From: an uncultured Lachnospiraceae bacterium
Lineage (GTDB): Bacteria > Bacillota > Clostridia > Lachnospirales > Lachnospiraceae
DNA: 64,000 nt
Direction of reading: 5' to 3'
Assembly (NCBI GenBank): GCA_944376425.1
Contig: CALWCS010000182.1
Location: 10,828-74,827 of the forward strand
Each line of letters opens with the position of its first letter. Position 1 is the stretch's first letter. Below are positions 29,779 to 38,453 of the stretch, piece by piece. The position numbers and the translations under genes are program-made. The notes beneath the pieces are model-generated. The model was not told where the DNA came from. It ran no database searches and saw only the letters and a program-made list of their open reading frames with translations.

Positions 29779-29807
29779 ATTATAGCAGTTAATTTTGAAA
29801 ATGTCAA
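29779..29807 (-). promoter_or_regulatory. consensus extended sigma-A promoter on minus strand
   Basis: Reverse complement reads TTGACA ttttcaaaattaacTGc TATAAT (17-nt spacer with TG extension), preceded by an A/T-rich UP-like tract. Confidence 0.65.
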
Positions 29808-29985
29808 TACTAAAAATTGAAAAAAATAAAAAAAATATATATAAAACAGTTAATAATAAATATAAAATATAAATTTTCTGAAAATAACATGTAATATAAA
29901 CAGTATCTATTTTTTGAATCTGACGCTGCATTCTCCAGAAAAATAATAAGAAAGAAAAAAGAAAATAAAGTTGAGGAGAAATCTA

Positions 29986-30014
29986 TTTTCAGGACAGTTG
30001 ATCGGTGCTATACT
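29986..30014 (+). promoter_or_regulatory. possible extended -10 promoter of aldo/keto reductase gene
   Basis: TTTTCA, 17-nt spacer ending in TGc, TATACT. Confidence 0.4.
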
Positions 30015-30051
30015 GAAAAAACAAAGGAAAAGGAAAGGAAGAAAAAGGAAA

Positions 30052-31059
30052 ATGAAAAAAGTAACGCTGGGAAAGACTGGATTAAAAATTTCTAAAATGG
30101 GACTTGGAGGAATACCAATTCAACAGTCTGATACAGAGAAAGTAAAAATATTAATCAGAGCTATGGCTGAGAAAGGTATCAACTATATTGATACAGCAAG
30201 AGGATATACCGTCAGTGAAGCGTATTTAGGAGAAGCACTGGAAGGAATCAGAGACCAATTTGTTCTTGCAACCAAAAGTATGGCGAGAACGAAAGCAGAA
30301 ATGGAGAGGGATATAGAAATTAGTTTACATAATTTAAAAACAGATTATATTGATATTTATCAAATTCATAATCCAAATATGAAACAGTTAGATCAAGTAA
30401 TTGGAACAAATGGAGCATTAGAGGCTTTACAGGAAGCGAAAGCAGCCGGAAAGATAGGTCATATCGGATTGACGGCACATTCTCTGGAAGTATTTGAACG
30501 TGCCCTCGATTTTGAGTGGGTAGAGACTTTGATGTTTCCGTATAACATTGTAGAAAGACAAGGAGAAGAGCTGATGAAAAGATGCCGGGAAAAAAATATT
30601 GGGTTTGTCTGTATGAAACCTTTTGCAGGCGGCGCAATTGAAAATCCTGTTCTTGCCTTGCGTTTTATCTGTTCCAATCCGGATGTCACTGTGGTAATTC
30701 CTGGAATGCATACCGTAAAAGAATTAGAACAAAATTTTAGGGCAACAGAAGAAAAAGAAAGATTGACAGATGAAGAACTTAGGGAGATGGAGCAGATTCA
30801 AAGAGAGCTAGGCAGCAATTTCTGCCGCCGCTGCAATTATTGCGCTCCTTGTACAAAAGGAATCAGCATACCTAATGTATTTTTATTTGAAGGATATTTA
30901 AAACGATATCACCTAGAAGGATGGGCAAGAGAACGATATGCCTCTTTACAGGCAAAAGCAGGCGCGTGTGTGCAGTGCGGAGTCTGTGAAACGCGATGTC
31001 CGTATCATCTTCCGATTCGTGAAATGATGAAACGCTGCGCAGAAGAATTTGGAGAGTAG
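30052..31059 (+). CDS. aldo/keto reductase with C-terminal 4Fe-4S ferredoxin-type domain
   Basis: Start at MKKVTLGKTGLKISKMGLGG (AKR N-terminus). C-terminal CRRCNYCAPC and CVQCGVCETRCP clusters. The ORF track start at 29971 is an upstream extension through K/R-rich junk. Confidence 0.88.
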   Translation: MKKVTLGKTGLKISKMGLGGIPIQQSDTEKVKILIRAMAEKGINYIDTARGYTVSEAYLGEALEGIRDQFVLATKSMARTKAEMERDIEISLHNLKTDYIDIYQIHNPNMKQLDQVIGTNGALEALQEAKAAGKIGHIGLTAHSLEVFERALDFEWVETLMFPYNIVERQGEELMKRCREKNIGFVCMKPFAGGAIENPVLALRFICSNPDVTVVIPGMHTVKELEQNFRATEEKERLTDEELREMEQIQRELGSNFCRRCNYCAPCTKGISIPNVFLFEGYLKRYHLEGWARERYASLQAKAGACVQCGVCETRCPYHLPIREMMKRCAEEFGE

Positions 31060-31198
31060 AAAAGAAAACTTGTACAGAAAAAACATTTCCAAAAAAATAA
31101 AAAATTTTTGAAAAAGTTGAAGATTTATTGGGAATTAAATCGTTATATATTAATGAGATGCATTGCAAAGCAAACTCAAAAGTATCACTGTACAGGGG

Positions 31199-31710
31199 GT
31201 GGGGAGTATCGGCTACAAAGAATATCTGGCAGAATTGATAGATCAGTATGGAAGTCTGGTTTACTCCATCTGCTACAGGATTACAAACAATTATTTTGAT
31301 GCGCAGGATCTGACACAGGAAACTTTTTGACCGTTTACAAAAACCTTCCCACCTTCGACGGCAAAAATGAAAGAGCCTGGATCAGTACAATTGCCACAAA
31401 TAAATGTCTGGATTATCTGAAGATGGCTGGAAGAAAGATGCTCCCCACGGAAGATACTTACTTTCAAGTGATAGAAAGTAAAGAAAACAGTCCGGAACAG
31501 ACAGTTCTGGACCAACATGTACAGGAAGAATTCTATAAGCTATGCAAAAGCCTAAAGCCCCCTTATGATGAGATTGCTGTCGATTATTTCTGTCAGGAAA
31601 TGACAGTGGAAGAAATCGCACACAAAAAAGGAAAAAAAGTAAAAACAGTGCAGACACAGATTTACCGGGCAAAGGCAATGCTGAAAAAGCTTTGGGGAAA
31701 GGAGGCATAA
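31199..31710 (+). pseudogene. ECF-type sigma-70 family factor split by a 1-nt frameshift in a T5 run
   Basis: The N-terminal frame encodes YKEYLAELIDQYGSLVYSICYRITNNYFDAQDLTQETF and then hits TGA at 31328-31330. The -1 frame continues (L)TVYKNLPTFDGKNERAWISTIATNKCLDYLK through region 4. One extra T in run 31324-31328 restores ETFLTVYKNL. The 5' start is uncertain (GTG at 31199 or TTG at 31163). Confidence 0.7.
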
Positions 31711-31712
31711 CG

Positions 31713-32150
31713 ATGGGAGAAAGTCATATTAATGAGGAGATGATGGAAAAATTTCTAACGGGGCATGCAACGAATGAGGAAAAAATCAGGATATTAACCC
31801 ACGCTTCTTCCTGTGAATTTTGCTCAGAACGTTTAATGCTGCTCAATGCGAAAGAAAACCCCATGGCTATGCCGCGAAATCTAAAAGAAAGCATTTTGAC
31901 GGGAACAGAACGGATCATTCCGAAATCTCCGAAAAAGCAATTTTGGTTTTACAGCATGAAAGTATGTGCAGCGGTATGCGCGGCAGTGATTCTTCTGTTT
32001 GTGATGCCTTTTGGAGGGCAGACAGTAAGAGAAATATCAACTCAGAATGTGCAGACACAGACGCGGGAACCAAAAGAAAGCCTGACACAAAAACTTGGGG
32101 GCGCTGTAGACAGACTGACATGGCAGTTCTACACAGGAGTAAAAAAGTAA
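31713..32150 (+). CDS. zinc-binding anti-sigma factor (ZAS type) with one TM segment
   Basis: AGGAGG RBS, HxxxCxxC motif (HASSCEFC) and a TM segment VCAAVCAAVILLFVMPF. Immediately follows the sigma gene. Confidence 0.75.
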   Translation: MGESHINEEMMEKFLTGHATNEEKIRILTHASSCEFCSERLMLLNAKENPMAMPRNLKESILTGTERIIPKSPKKQFWFYSMKVCAAVCAAVILLFVMPFGGQTVREISTQNVQTQTREPKESLTQKLGGAVDRLTWQFYTGVKK

Positions 32151-32274
32151 GAGGACAGTCAAAAGCTGTCATGCAGCGCTCCGGCAGAAATGCCGCAAAT
32201 AGATCTGCAAAAAAGGTGCCGTATGGAGACAGTTGGCAATCTGTAAATGCAGAGAAGATAGGAGGTTAGATCAA

Positions 32275-32946
32275 ATGAGACAAAAGGGAAAATTTTTGAC
32301 ATTTTGTTGTTCTCTGTTCCCAGGAGCAGGACATATGTATTTGGGATTTATGAAAATGGGAACGTCAATCATGGTGCTGTTTTGGGGAATTATTGGGCTT
32401 GGAGTTTTGCTGAACTTAGGAGTATTATACTTTATTCTTCCTATTATATGGTGCTATAGTTTCTTTGATGCGATTAACAAAAATTCGATGGATGAAGAAG
32501 AATTTTACTTACTGGAAGATAAATATCTTTTTCATATGGATCTTTCAGAGATTTCTGTTTTATTCAAAGAAAAAAATCGTACGGCATTTGCCTTGATTCT
32601 GGTTATCATTGGCGCTGCAATGCTGCTCTCGAATTTTATGGGCTTCCTGAACGCAATTTTACCGTGGCAGCTTTATTGGGCACTGGACAATATTTTGAGA
32701 TACATTCCACGCATTTGTATCGCTCTTTTGATCATTTGGATTGGGATGCAGCTGATTCAGGGAAAACGTTTAGAGCTTCGTCCGCAAATGAAAGAAAAGA
32801 TTTTTGTCAGAACAGAGCCGTATACTTCACAGGGAGAACAAACAGAACACTCCCAGAAAGAAGAATGGACGGGAACTGTAGTAAACACGGAAGAAACAAA
32901 CAAAGAAACCCAAAATACAAACAAAGGCTCCGATGGGGGGGTATAA
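32275..32946 (+). CDS. membrane protein of sigma/anti-sigma operon
   Basis: AGGAGG RBS before MRQKGKF, about 5 TM segments and a hydrophilic T/E/N-rich tail. Confidence 0.65.
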   Translation: MRQKGKFLTFCCSLFPGAGHMYLGFMKMGTSIMVLFWGIIGLGVLLNLGVLYFILPIIWCYSFFDAINKNSMDEEEFYLLEDKYLFHMDLSEISVLFKEKNRTAFALILVIIGAAMLLSNFMGFLNAILPWQLYWALDNILRYIPRICIALLIIWIGMQLIQGKRLELRPQMKEKIFVRTEPYTSQGEQTEHSQKEEWTGTVVNTEETNKETQNTNKGSDGGV

Positions 32947-32999
32947 ACTGTCATATTTCAGGATTTCATATTTTAGGGGAGTATGATATTGATAAATCA

Positions 33000-34505
33000 T
33001 TATGACAGTTCTATCAGAAAACCGATTTTTGTAAACTGATTCAGCTCACTTTCAATGACTGGGGAGACTTTTCCGGGATAGCATAAATTTAATCTTCTAT
33101 AGACATTAATCAGACCGATGCAGTCTCCAATTTCCCCATTGGCGACATGATCTTTTAAATAGGCAAGCAGCTTGACTCGGTGTTCTTCTGTCATTCCTTT
33201 TCCGTCATCCCAAACATATAAAAAAATAGAATGATTTTCTTTTTGAGCGGCATATTTAATATAGCCGCTTTTCTTTTCGGCAATTCCATGTAAAAAAGCA
33301 TTTTCCACAAGAGGCTGCATTGTCATGGAAGGAATTTTAAACCATTCAAAATCAGTATCCATATCGCCCTCAAACTGAATACGATTTCCAAAACGAAGCT
33401 TTTGAATTTCCAGATAATTTTCTATATTAGAAAATTCTTCTGTCAAAGTAACGACACGATTAAACTGATTGAGCGCTGTGCGCAGAAATTGAGCGAGCAG
33501 ATTAGAAGCATTTTGGACTTTCGGCGCTTCTTCGAGATAGGCAAGTCTGGAGATAATATTTAATGTATTAAAAAGAAAATGAGAATTAATCTGAGACTGA
33601 AATACTTTCAGTTCACTTTTAGCAAGCAATGCCTCTTGACGGATTGCTTTCTCGTGTTCTAACTGCAATTCTTTTTCAAGCTGCTGCTTCTGTAAAAGCT
33701 GATCAAACTGTCTGCGAAGTTTATTAAGCATTTCATAGAATGCACAGATAAGAAGTCCCATTTCATCTTTTCGGGCATCACAAGGAGATTGAATTTCCCA
33801 GGATTCAGTGGAAACCCTTTTAATCAGTGCAGTCAGACGATAAAGAGGAGAAAGAAAATAATGAACAAAACATGCTGCCGCTGCAATGAGCACAATGGTA
33901 GCAAGAAACATAGCAGTCATAGTATTGCGAAGCTGAACCATCATATGGTGGTTTAAAGAAGAAAATTTAGAATTGACGGCAGCTTCAATTTCACGGATGG
34001 AATAGGCTGAAAACATGGAAATCAGCTCCTGAATACGATCGCTGCGCTCATAAGCACTGAGCATGGAAGACGTATCAGACTGTTCACGAAAAGCAATTGC
34101 CTCATCGGCGGAGATAATATACTTTTCGCACATTCTGGCAAGGTCATGGGAATAAACTCCAAAATCGTCACTTTTTAAAAGTTCGATAAAGGAGAGAAAC
34201 GTTTCTTTGTTTTCCTCATAGCGTTCGAGATATTCTTCTGTATAAAGATTGAGATAATTATTTAAATTCAGATGAAGCGGCGCAAGTGCAGAATAACCCG
34301 TATAATACTGAGTCTGAATAGAAGCGGCATCTTGCATGTCATCAGAAACATGAAGGCTGATGCGGCAAAATAGGATAGCAAATAAAATGCCATATGCAAA
34401 TAAGACAGTTCCAAACATCACAAGCTTAAAACGAGATGAATGGAAAAAAGGAATCTTTATGGCGTCTGATTTTTCAAAAATTGTGTGATTGTAATACCCT
34501 TCCAT
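33000..34505 (-). CDS. sensor histidine kinase, YesM/LytS-YehU type (His_kinase plus HATPase_c)
   Basis: Two TM segments flank an extracellular domain. Has the FQSQINSHFLFNTLNIIS phospho-acceptor box and a C-terminal ATPase (DDGKGM). Confidence 0.88.
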   Translation of the reverse strand: MEGYYNHTIFEKSDAIKIPFFHSSRFKLVMFGTVLFAYGILFAILFCRISLHVSDDMQDAASIQTQYYTGYSALAPLHLNLNNYLNLYTEEYLERYEENKETFLSFIELLKSDDFGVYSHDLARMCEKYIISADEAIAFREQSDTSSMLSAYERSDRIQELISMFSAYSIREIEAAVNSKFSSLNHHMMVQLRNTMTAMFLATIVLIAAAACFVHYFLSPLYRLTALIKRVSTESWEIQSPCDARKDEMGLLICAFYEMLNKLRRQFDQLLQKQQLEKELQLEHEKAIRQEALLAKSELKVFQSQINSHFLFNTLNIISRLAYLEEAPKVQNASNLLAQFLRTALNQFNRVVTLTEEFSNIENYLEIQKLRFGNRIQFEGDMDTDFEWFKIPSMTMQPLVENAFLHGIAEKKSGYIKYAAQKENHSIFLYVWDDGKGMTEEHRVKLLAYLKDHVANGEIGDCIGLINVYRRLNLCYPGKVSPVIESELNQFTKIGFLIELS

Positions 34506-36016
34506 TTTTTAAATACCTCACTGAAATATGTTTTACTTGAAAGACCGCAGCCCTTGCACAGTTCTTCGAGAGAATACTTGGGATTTTCTAAAAGCATTTG
34601 TTCTGCATGCTGCATACGGATTTCCATCAGAACATCAGAAAAATTTCTGCCTGTCCGTTTTTTAAAAAGACGACTGAAGTAGGCGGAATCAAGTCCCAGT
34701 TTTTCCGCAATATCAGTCTGTGTAATATTTTGAGAAAAAGAATGCTTCATATATTGAATGACATAGTCGATGGAATCTCCGGCATTAGGCTGCGGAAGTG
34801 ACTGAACAAAATTTAACATCTGTTTTTGATAAGATTTTATAAATTCAGAAAAAACAGTGTCGGTAAAGAGTGTGTCAGATTCAGCAGACTGATGAAAAAG
34901 CGAAATAAGAAGCGCAGAAAAATCAACATTGTTCCAGACACGAGTCAGCGCATCCAGAAACAGAGGAATGGTTTCCCAAAAAGCGTCTTCACTGTCAAAA
35001 GAATAACGTTCTGAAATTTCAGAAAAAGTCTTTTTGACAGAGTCATGAAGCTGATCACGGAAATATCGTTCCAATACGCTGCGATATTTTTCATATTCTT
35101 TTTTGCGGATAATTTTCCAGGTACGCTGCGGCATTTGGATACGGGCTGAGAGAATATCCGGAATGTGCTCAGGCATAGAGACAACTGCATGAAATTCTTT
35201 AGAGGCACTTAGACAGTCTTCGCAGATATTACTGAGAGAAACACAAGTATTCGGGACAACATTCAGATAGAGAAGCGCAGAACACCAGATAAGCGTACAA
35301 AGACAAGAATGAGAAAGTTGGTGCTTTGGTTGAAGCATAAGTGTGAAAGTGTTCTCAGAAGGATAATCAGAAGATACAAAAAAGACATCTTCCAGCAACT
35401 GTAAGCTCAGAGTTTCCCACGTTCTCATCTGATCAGCAGAAAAAGGGACGGTGCAGGAAAAATGAAGAATAGATATCTGAAGACGCTCCTGCAGAGAAGA
35501 ATGAATTACTTCGAAAAAGCGGGATACAGCGGTACTGGAATCTGATTCTTGTAAGATGAGAGAAAAAGCATATTGCTGTACATTGCGCAGTGTTTGAGTA
35601 ATATGAAAGTGATTTTTCCGTGTCAGGAAACGTCTGTGAGCTTCTTCGATACATCTTTTTAAAGCATCGAAAAGATCTTCATTATCTACTGGTTTGACAA
35701 TATAGTCAAAGACTTTAAGAGCAATCGCACGTTTGGCATACGCAAACTTATCATAGGCAGTATTGATTAATATGACACCGTCATACTGTTCGTGATAGAG
35801 ATGTTCGCATAGTTCCAGACCACCCATGACAGGCATTTCAATATCTACAATTAAAATATCAGGAGGATTTTGATGAATTGAGAAAAGAGCAGCCGCACCG
35901 TCTTCTTCCTGAAAAATAATCTGTGTGTCCGGAAAATTTTTCTGAATATAGAGACTCATTGCTTCTCTTTCAATCCATTCGTCTTCTACAATCCCAAAGG
36001 TAACTAATTTTTTCAT
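34457..36016 (-). CDS. response regulator with AraC-type HTH output (YesN-like)
   Basis: Start at MKKLVTFGIVEDE. Receiver domain (DILIVDIEMP) and C-terminal AraC HTH (SAYFSRLFKKRTG..). The ORF track start at 36085 is an upstream extension. Confidence 0.88.
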   Translation of the reverse strand: MKKLVTFGIVEDEWIEREAMSLYIQKNFPDTQIIFQEEDGAAALFSIHQNPPDILIVDIEMPVMGGLELCEHLYHEQYDGVILINTAYDKFAYAKRAIALKVFDYIVKPVDNEDLFDALKRCIEEAHRRFLTRKNHFHITQTLRNVQQYAFSLILQESDSSTAVSRFFEVIHSSLQERLQISILHFSCTVPFSADQMRTWETLSLQLLEDVFFVSSDYPSENTFTLMLQPKHQLSHSCLCTLIWCSALLYLNVVPNTCVSLSNICEDCLSASKEFHAVVSMPEHIPDILSARIQMPQRTWKIIRKKEYEKYRSVLERYFRDQLHDSVKKTFSEISERYSFDSEDAFWETIPLFLDALTRVWNNVDFSALLISLFHQSAESDTLFTDTVFSEFIKSYQKQMLNFVQSLPQPNAGDSIDYVIQYMKHSFSQNITQTDIAEKLGLDSAYFSRLFKKRTGRNFSDVLMEIRMQHAEQMLLENPKYSLEELCKGCGLSSKTYFSEVFKKWKGITITQFLKNQTP

Positions 36017-36143
36017 AAATAAAATCCTTTCGTTTGTTGTACGGCAGCACCCATTGCCCTTGGGCGGTGGGCAGAGCCTTTGCAATAATAGTTGCTAAAC
36101 AGATGACCCCATATTATACTATAAATCTAAAGCCCTATTACCT

Positions 36144-37100
36144 TTATGTGATAGGGAATGAATCTACTTTTGATTCATTCTCAAAGAGAATTAAAAAATC
36201 AATTTTATAAAAATCAGAATCTGGCACTTTACCTTCAAGAAGAGCGTTTGTTAAAACAACACTTTGATATCCCATCTCATAATGTTGCTGACAGACAAGT
36301 GCTTGCAGCTGTCCGGTTTCTAAAAGTTCCATTGTCTCGTCTGACTGGTCAAAACCATATAATTGAATACGGGAAGGAAGGGAAAGACGGGAAAAAAGCT
36401 GTGCTGCTGTGACTGTCGTGTGTTCTGTGGTTGCGATGAGAGCAGTGACAGAATCATTTTGTAATAGATAATCCTCTAATTCCATAATACGGGTCATATC
36501 ATTATAATTAGAAAATTCAAAAGTTTCGATAGAGTCAGGAGAGGAGGCAAACGCACGTTTAATACCGGATGTACGTTCCAAGAGATTCTGACTGTTCTGG
36601 TTTGAGAGACTATAATATAGAAGAGCTTTTTCACCTTCCTGAAGATGTTCTTTTACATACATCCCAAGGGCATATCCAGCTGCTTCATTATCTATTCCAA
36701 CATAGAGATCCCGCAATTCTTCAGGACCATCACAGTCCAGAAAGATGACATAGATACCAGCAGCTCTTGCCTGCTTTAAAAGTTCGTCGGTATTAGAATC
36801 TGCTTTTGTATAAGAAGTAATAATTGCCTCTGTATCTGTTAAAATTGCTGTTTCAATTGCATCATTGAGATCCATGGCAATACTGGGATCACTGTTTTCC
36901 GTATAAATCATGGTCAGCTCAAATTGAAATTCTTCAGCAGCCGTATGGATACTTTCATCGATCTCTTTCCAAAATACAGTTTCCGAACGTGATGGGATAA
37001 TACAGGTAATCCGATGAGGCAATTCAGAGCCAAGAACGAAGCGGGACGGCATAAGACAGCAGAAACAGAAAAAACAAAATAAAAATTTAAAAAATCTCAT
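36144..37100 (-). CDS. membrane-anchored periplasmic sugar-binding-domain protein (co-sensor)
   Basis: Start at MRFFKFLF signal/anchor. Peripla_BP-like pattern (ITCIIPSRSETVFWKEI, IFLDCDG). First gene of the sensor operon. Confidence 0.7.
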   Translation of the reverse strand: MRFFKFLFCFFCFCCLMPSRFVLGSELPHRITCIIPSRSETVFWKEIDESIHTAAEEFQFELTMIYTENSDPSIAMDLNDAIETAILTDTEAIITSYTKADSNTDELLKQARAAGIYVIFLDCDGPEELRDLYVGIDNEAAGYALGMYVKEHLQEGEKALLYYSLSNQNSQNLLERTSGIKRAFASSPDSIETFEFSNYNDMTRIMELEDYLLQNDSVTALIATTEHTTVTAAQLFSRLSLPSRIQLYGFDQSDETMELLETGQLQALVCQQHYEMGYQSVVLTNALLEGKVPDSDFYKIDFLILFENESKVDSFPIT

Positions 37101-37304
37101 TTTTCTTTTCCTTTCTTTTTTTAGTATTAATTTTAAAAGATAACTCTCTTTCTCTCTGATATAAAAAAAGTATATCATAAAAATGTTTTTGCGTCACAGG
37201 TTAGATATTGAAATTTCATAAAAGAAAAAATATGATATAATCAAAAAAAGGTGTGAATAAAAAAAGATGTCACATCGATTAGAACGATTGAGAAAGGGAG
37301 AACA

Positions 37305-38369
37305 ATGATTCAGGAAATTACACTTAACCGTTTTAAAAGATTTAGGAAATATACGATTCCCTTGAAACCATTTTCTGTACTCACAGGAAAAAACGGATGT
37401 GGAAAGAGTACGGTTTTAAAGGCAATTAATTTGATGCTGTATACGTTACACGAAAATGAGATGATCACTTTTAAAGCAGGACATGCAGTGGTGAGGAATA
37501 AGGGAGTAGGATCAGTTGAAATGCCGGGAATTAAAATTTCTGATTTTCGTGATTTGTATTATGGAAAGATATCAAGACAAGGAAAACAAGTCGTAGTGGA
37601 CGAATCAAAAATCGGAGCTTCTATTATCCTAAAAGATGAGGATCACAATGTCTATAAAATGTTGATCACTTCTATTTTTGGAGGATTTAATATGAAGTGC
37701 TATTCAAAAGAAGAAGATCTAAAATATATGCCAAGACTTCAGATTCATGTACCTCTTTATATCTCCGGCTTTACCGGGATTGAGACGATGGAAGAGAGGG
37801 TATTTCCAATTGTCATGAGAAATCAGATGACGAGAGGAGGACAGAGCAGCATTCTTCGAAATATGATTTTAGAGCTTCGAAAAACAAAATATGAAAAATA
37901 TCAGGAATTCAAGCAATTAATGGAAAAAGAATTTGATTTTTGTTTTGACAGGATCGAATGCAATGAAAAGAAGGATCTGTATATAAAAGCAACGTTTCAA
38001 AAGGAATGTGGAACATCTTTGGTATCTATGGATTTTGATAATGCAGGTGATGGAGAACTTCACATTCTCCAGATTTTGGCGGCGATTTATTTGTCTTGCC
38101 CGGAACAGTCGGAGGTGGTATTGATCGACAATCCAGAAGCGTATCTTCATCCGCAGTTTCAGAGAAAACTGATTTGGGTTTTGAAGAAGATTCAGAAAGA
38201 AATGAGAATTCAGGTGATTCTTGCAACGCATTCTCAGGAGATGATTGAGGAAGCAGGAAAAGATGAAGTTATTATTATTGATGAAAATCAGCAGAATCAG
38301 AAAGTGGAAGCTGAGAAAAATGCAGAAAATAAAATAAGAGGAGAGCAGCTTAGCTTTGAATTGCAGTAA
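37305..38369 (+). CDS. stand-alone ABC/SMC-like AAA ATPase (AAA_21/OLD-N-terminal type)
   Basis: Walker A GKNGCGKST, Walker B VVLIDNPEAYLHP and H-loop ATHS. No TM partner, no nuclease domain and no adjacent partner gene. Confidence 0.7.
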   Translation: MIQEITLNRFKRFRKYTIPLKPFSVLTGKNGCGKSTVLKAINLMLYTLHENEMITFKAGHAVVRNKGVGSVEMPGIKISDFRDLYYGKISRQGKQVVVDESKIGASIILKDEDHNVYKMLITSIFGGFNMKCYSKEEDLKYMPRLQIHVPLYISGFTGIETMEERVFPIVMRNQMTRGGQSSILRNMILELRKTKYEKYQEFKQLMEKEFDFCFDRIECNEKKDLYIKATFQKECGTSLVSMDFDNAGDGELHILQILAAIYLSCPEQSEVVLIDNPEAYLHPQFQRKLIWVLKKIQKEMRIQVILATHSQEMIEEAGKDEVIIIDENQQNQKVEAEKNAENKIRGEQLSFELQ

Positions 38370-38453
38370 ATGAAGAGATAAAAAATTTCAAATATATAAG
38401 AAATAGAGTATTGCAAAATAAGAAAAAGCCAAGCCTGGAAAATGGAGGAAAAC

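Noticed and set aside
29734-29931. A 65-aa minus-strand ORF with a hydrophobic core and Lys-rich tail, resembling a type I toxin.
   Set aside because: The consensus minus-strand promoter (29779-29807) lies inside this ORF, so the dominant transcript would start downstream of its start codon. The SD spacing is poor (GGAGA directly abutting the ATG). The I/L/F/Y/K/N composition is what very AT-rich noncoding DNA yields by chance.
31820-32269. A 149-aa plus-strand ORF overlapping the anti-sigma gene.
   Set aside because: It is out of frame with a gene that has a strong RBS, a ZAS motif and a TM segment. Its basic, Arg/Ser-rich composition fits no domain pattern.
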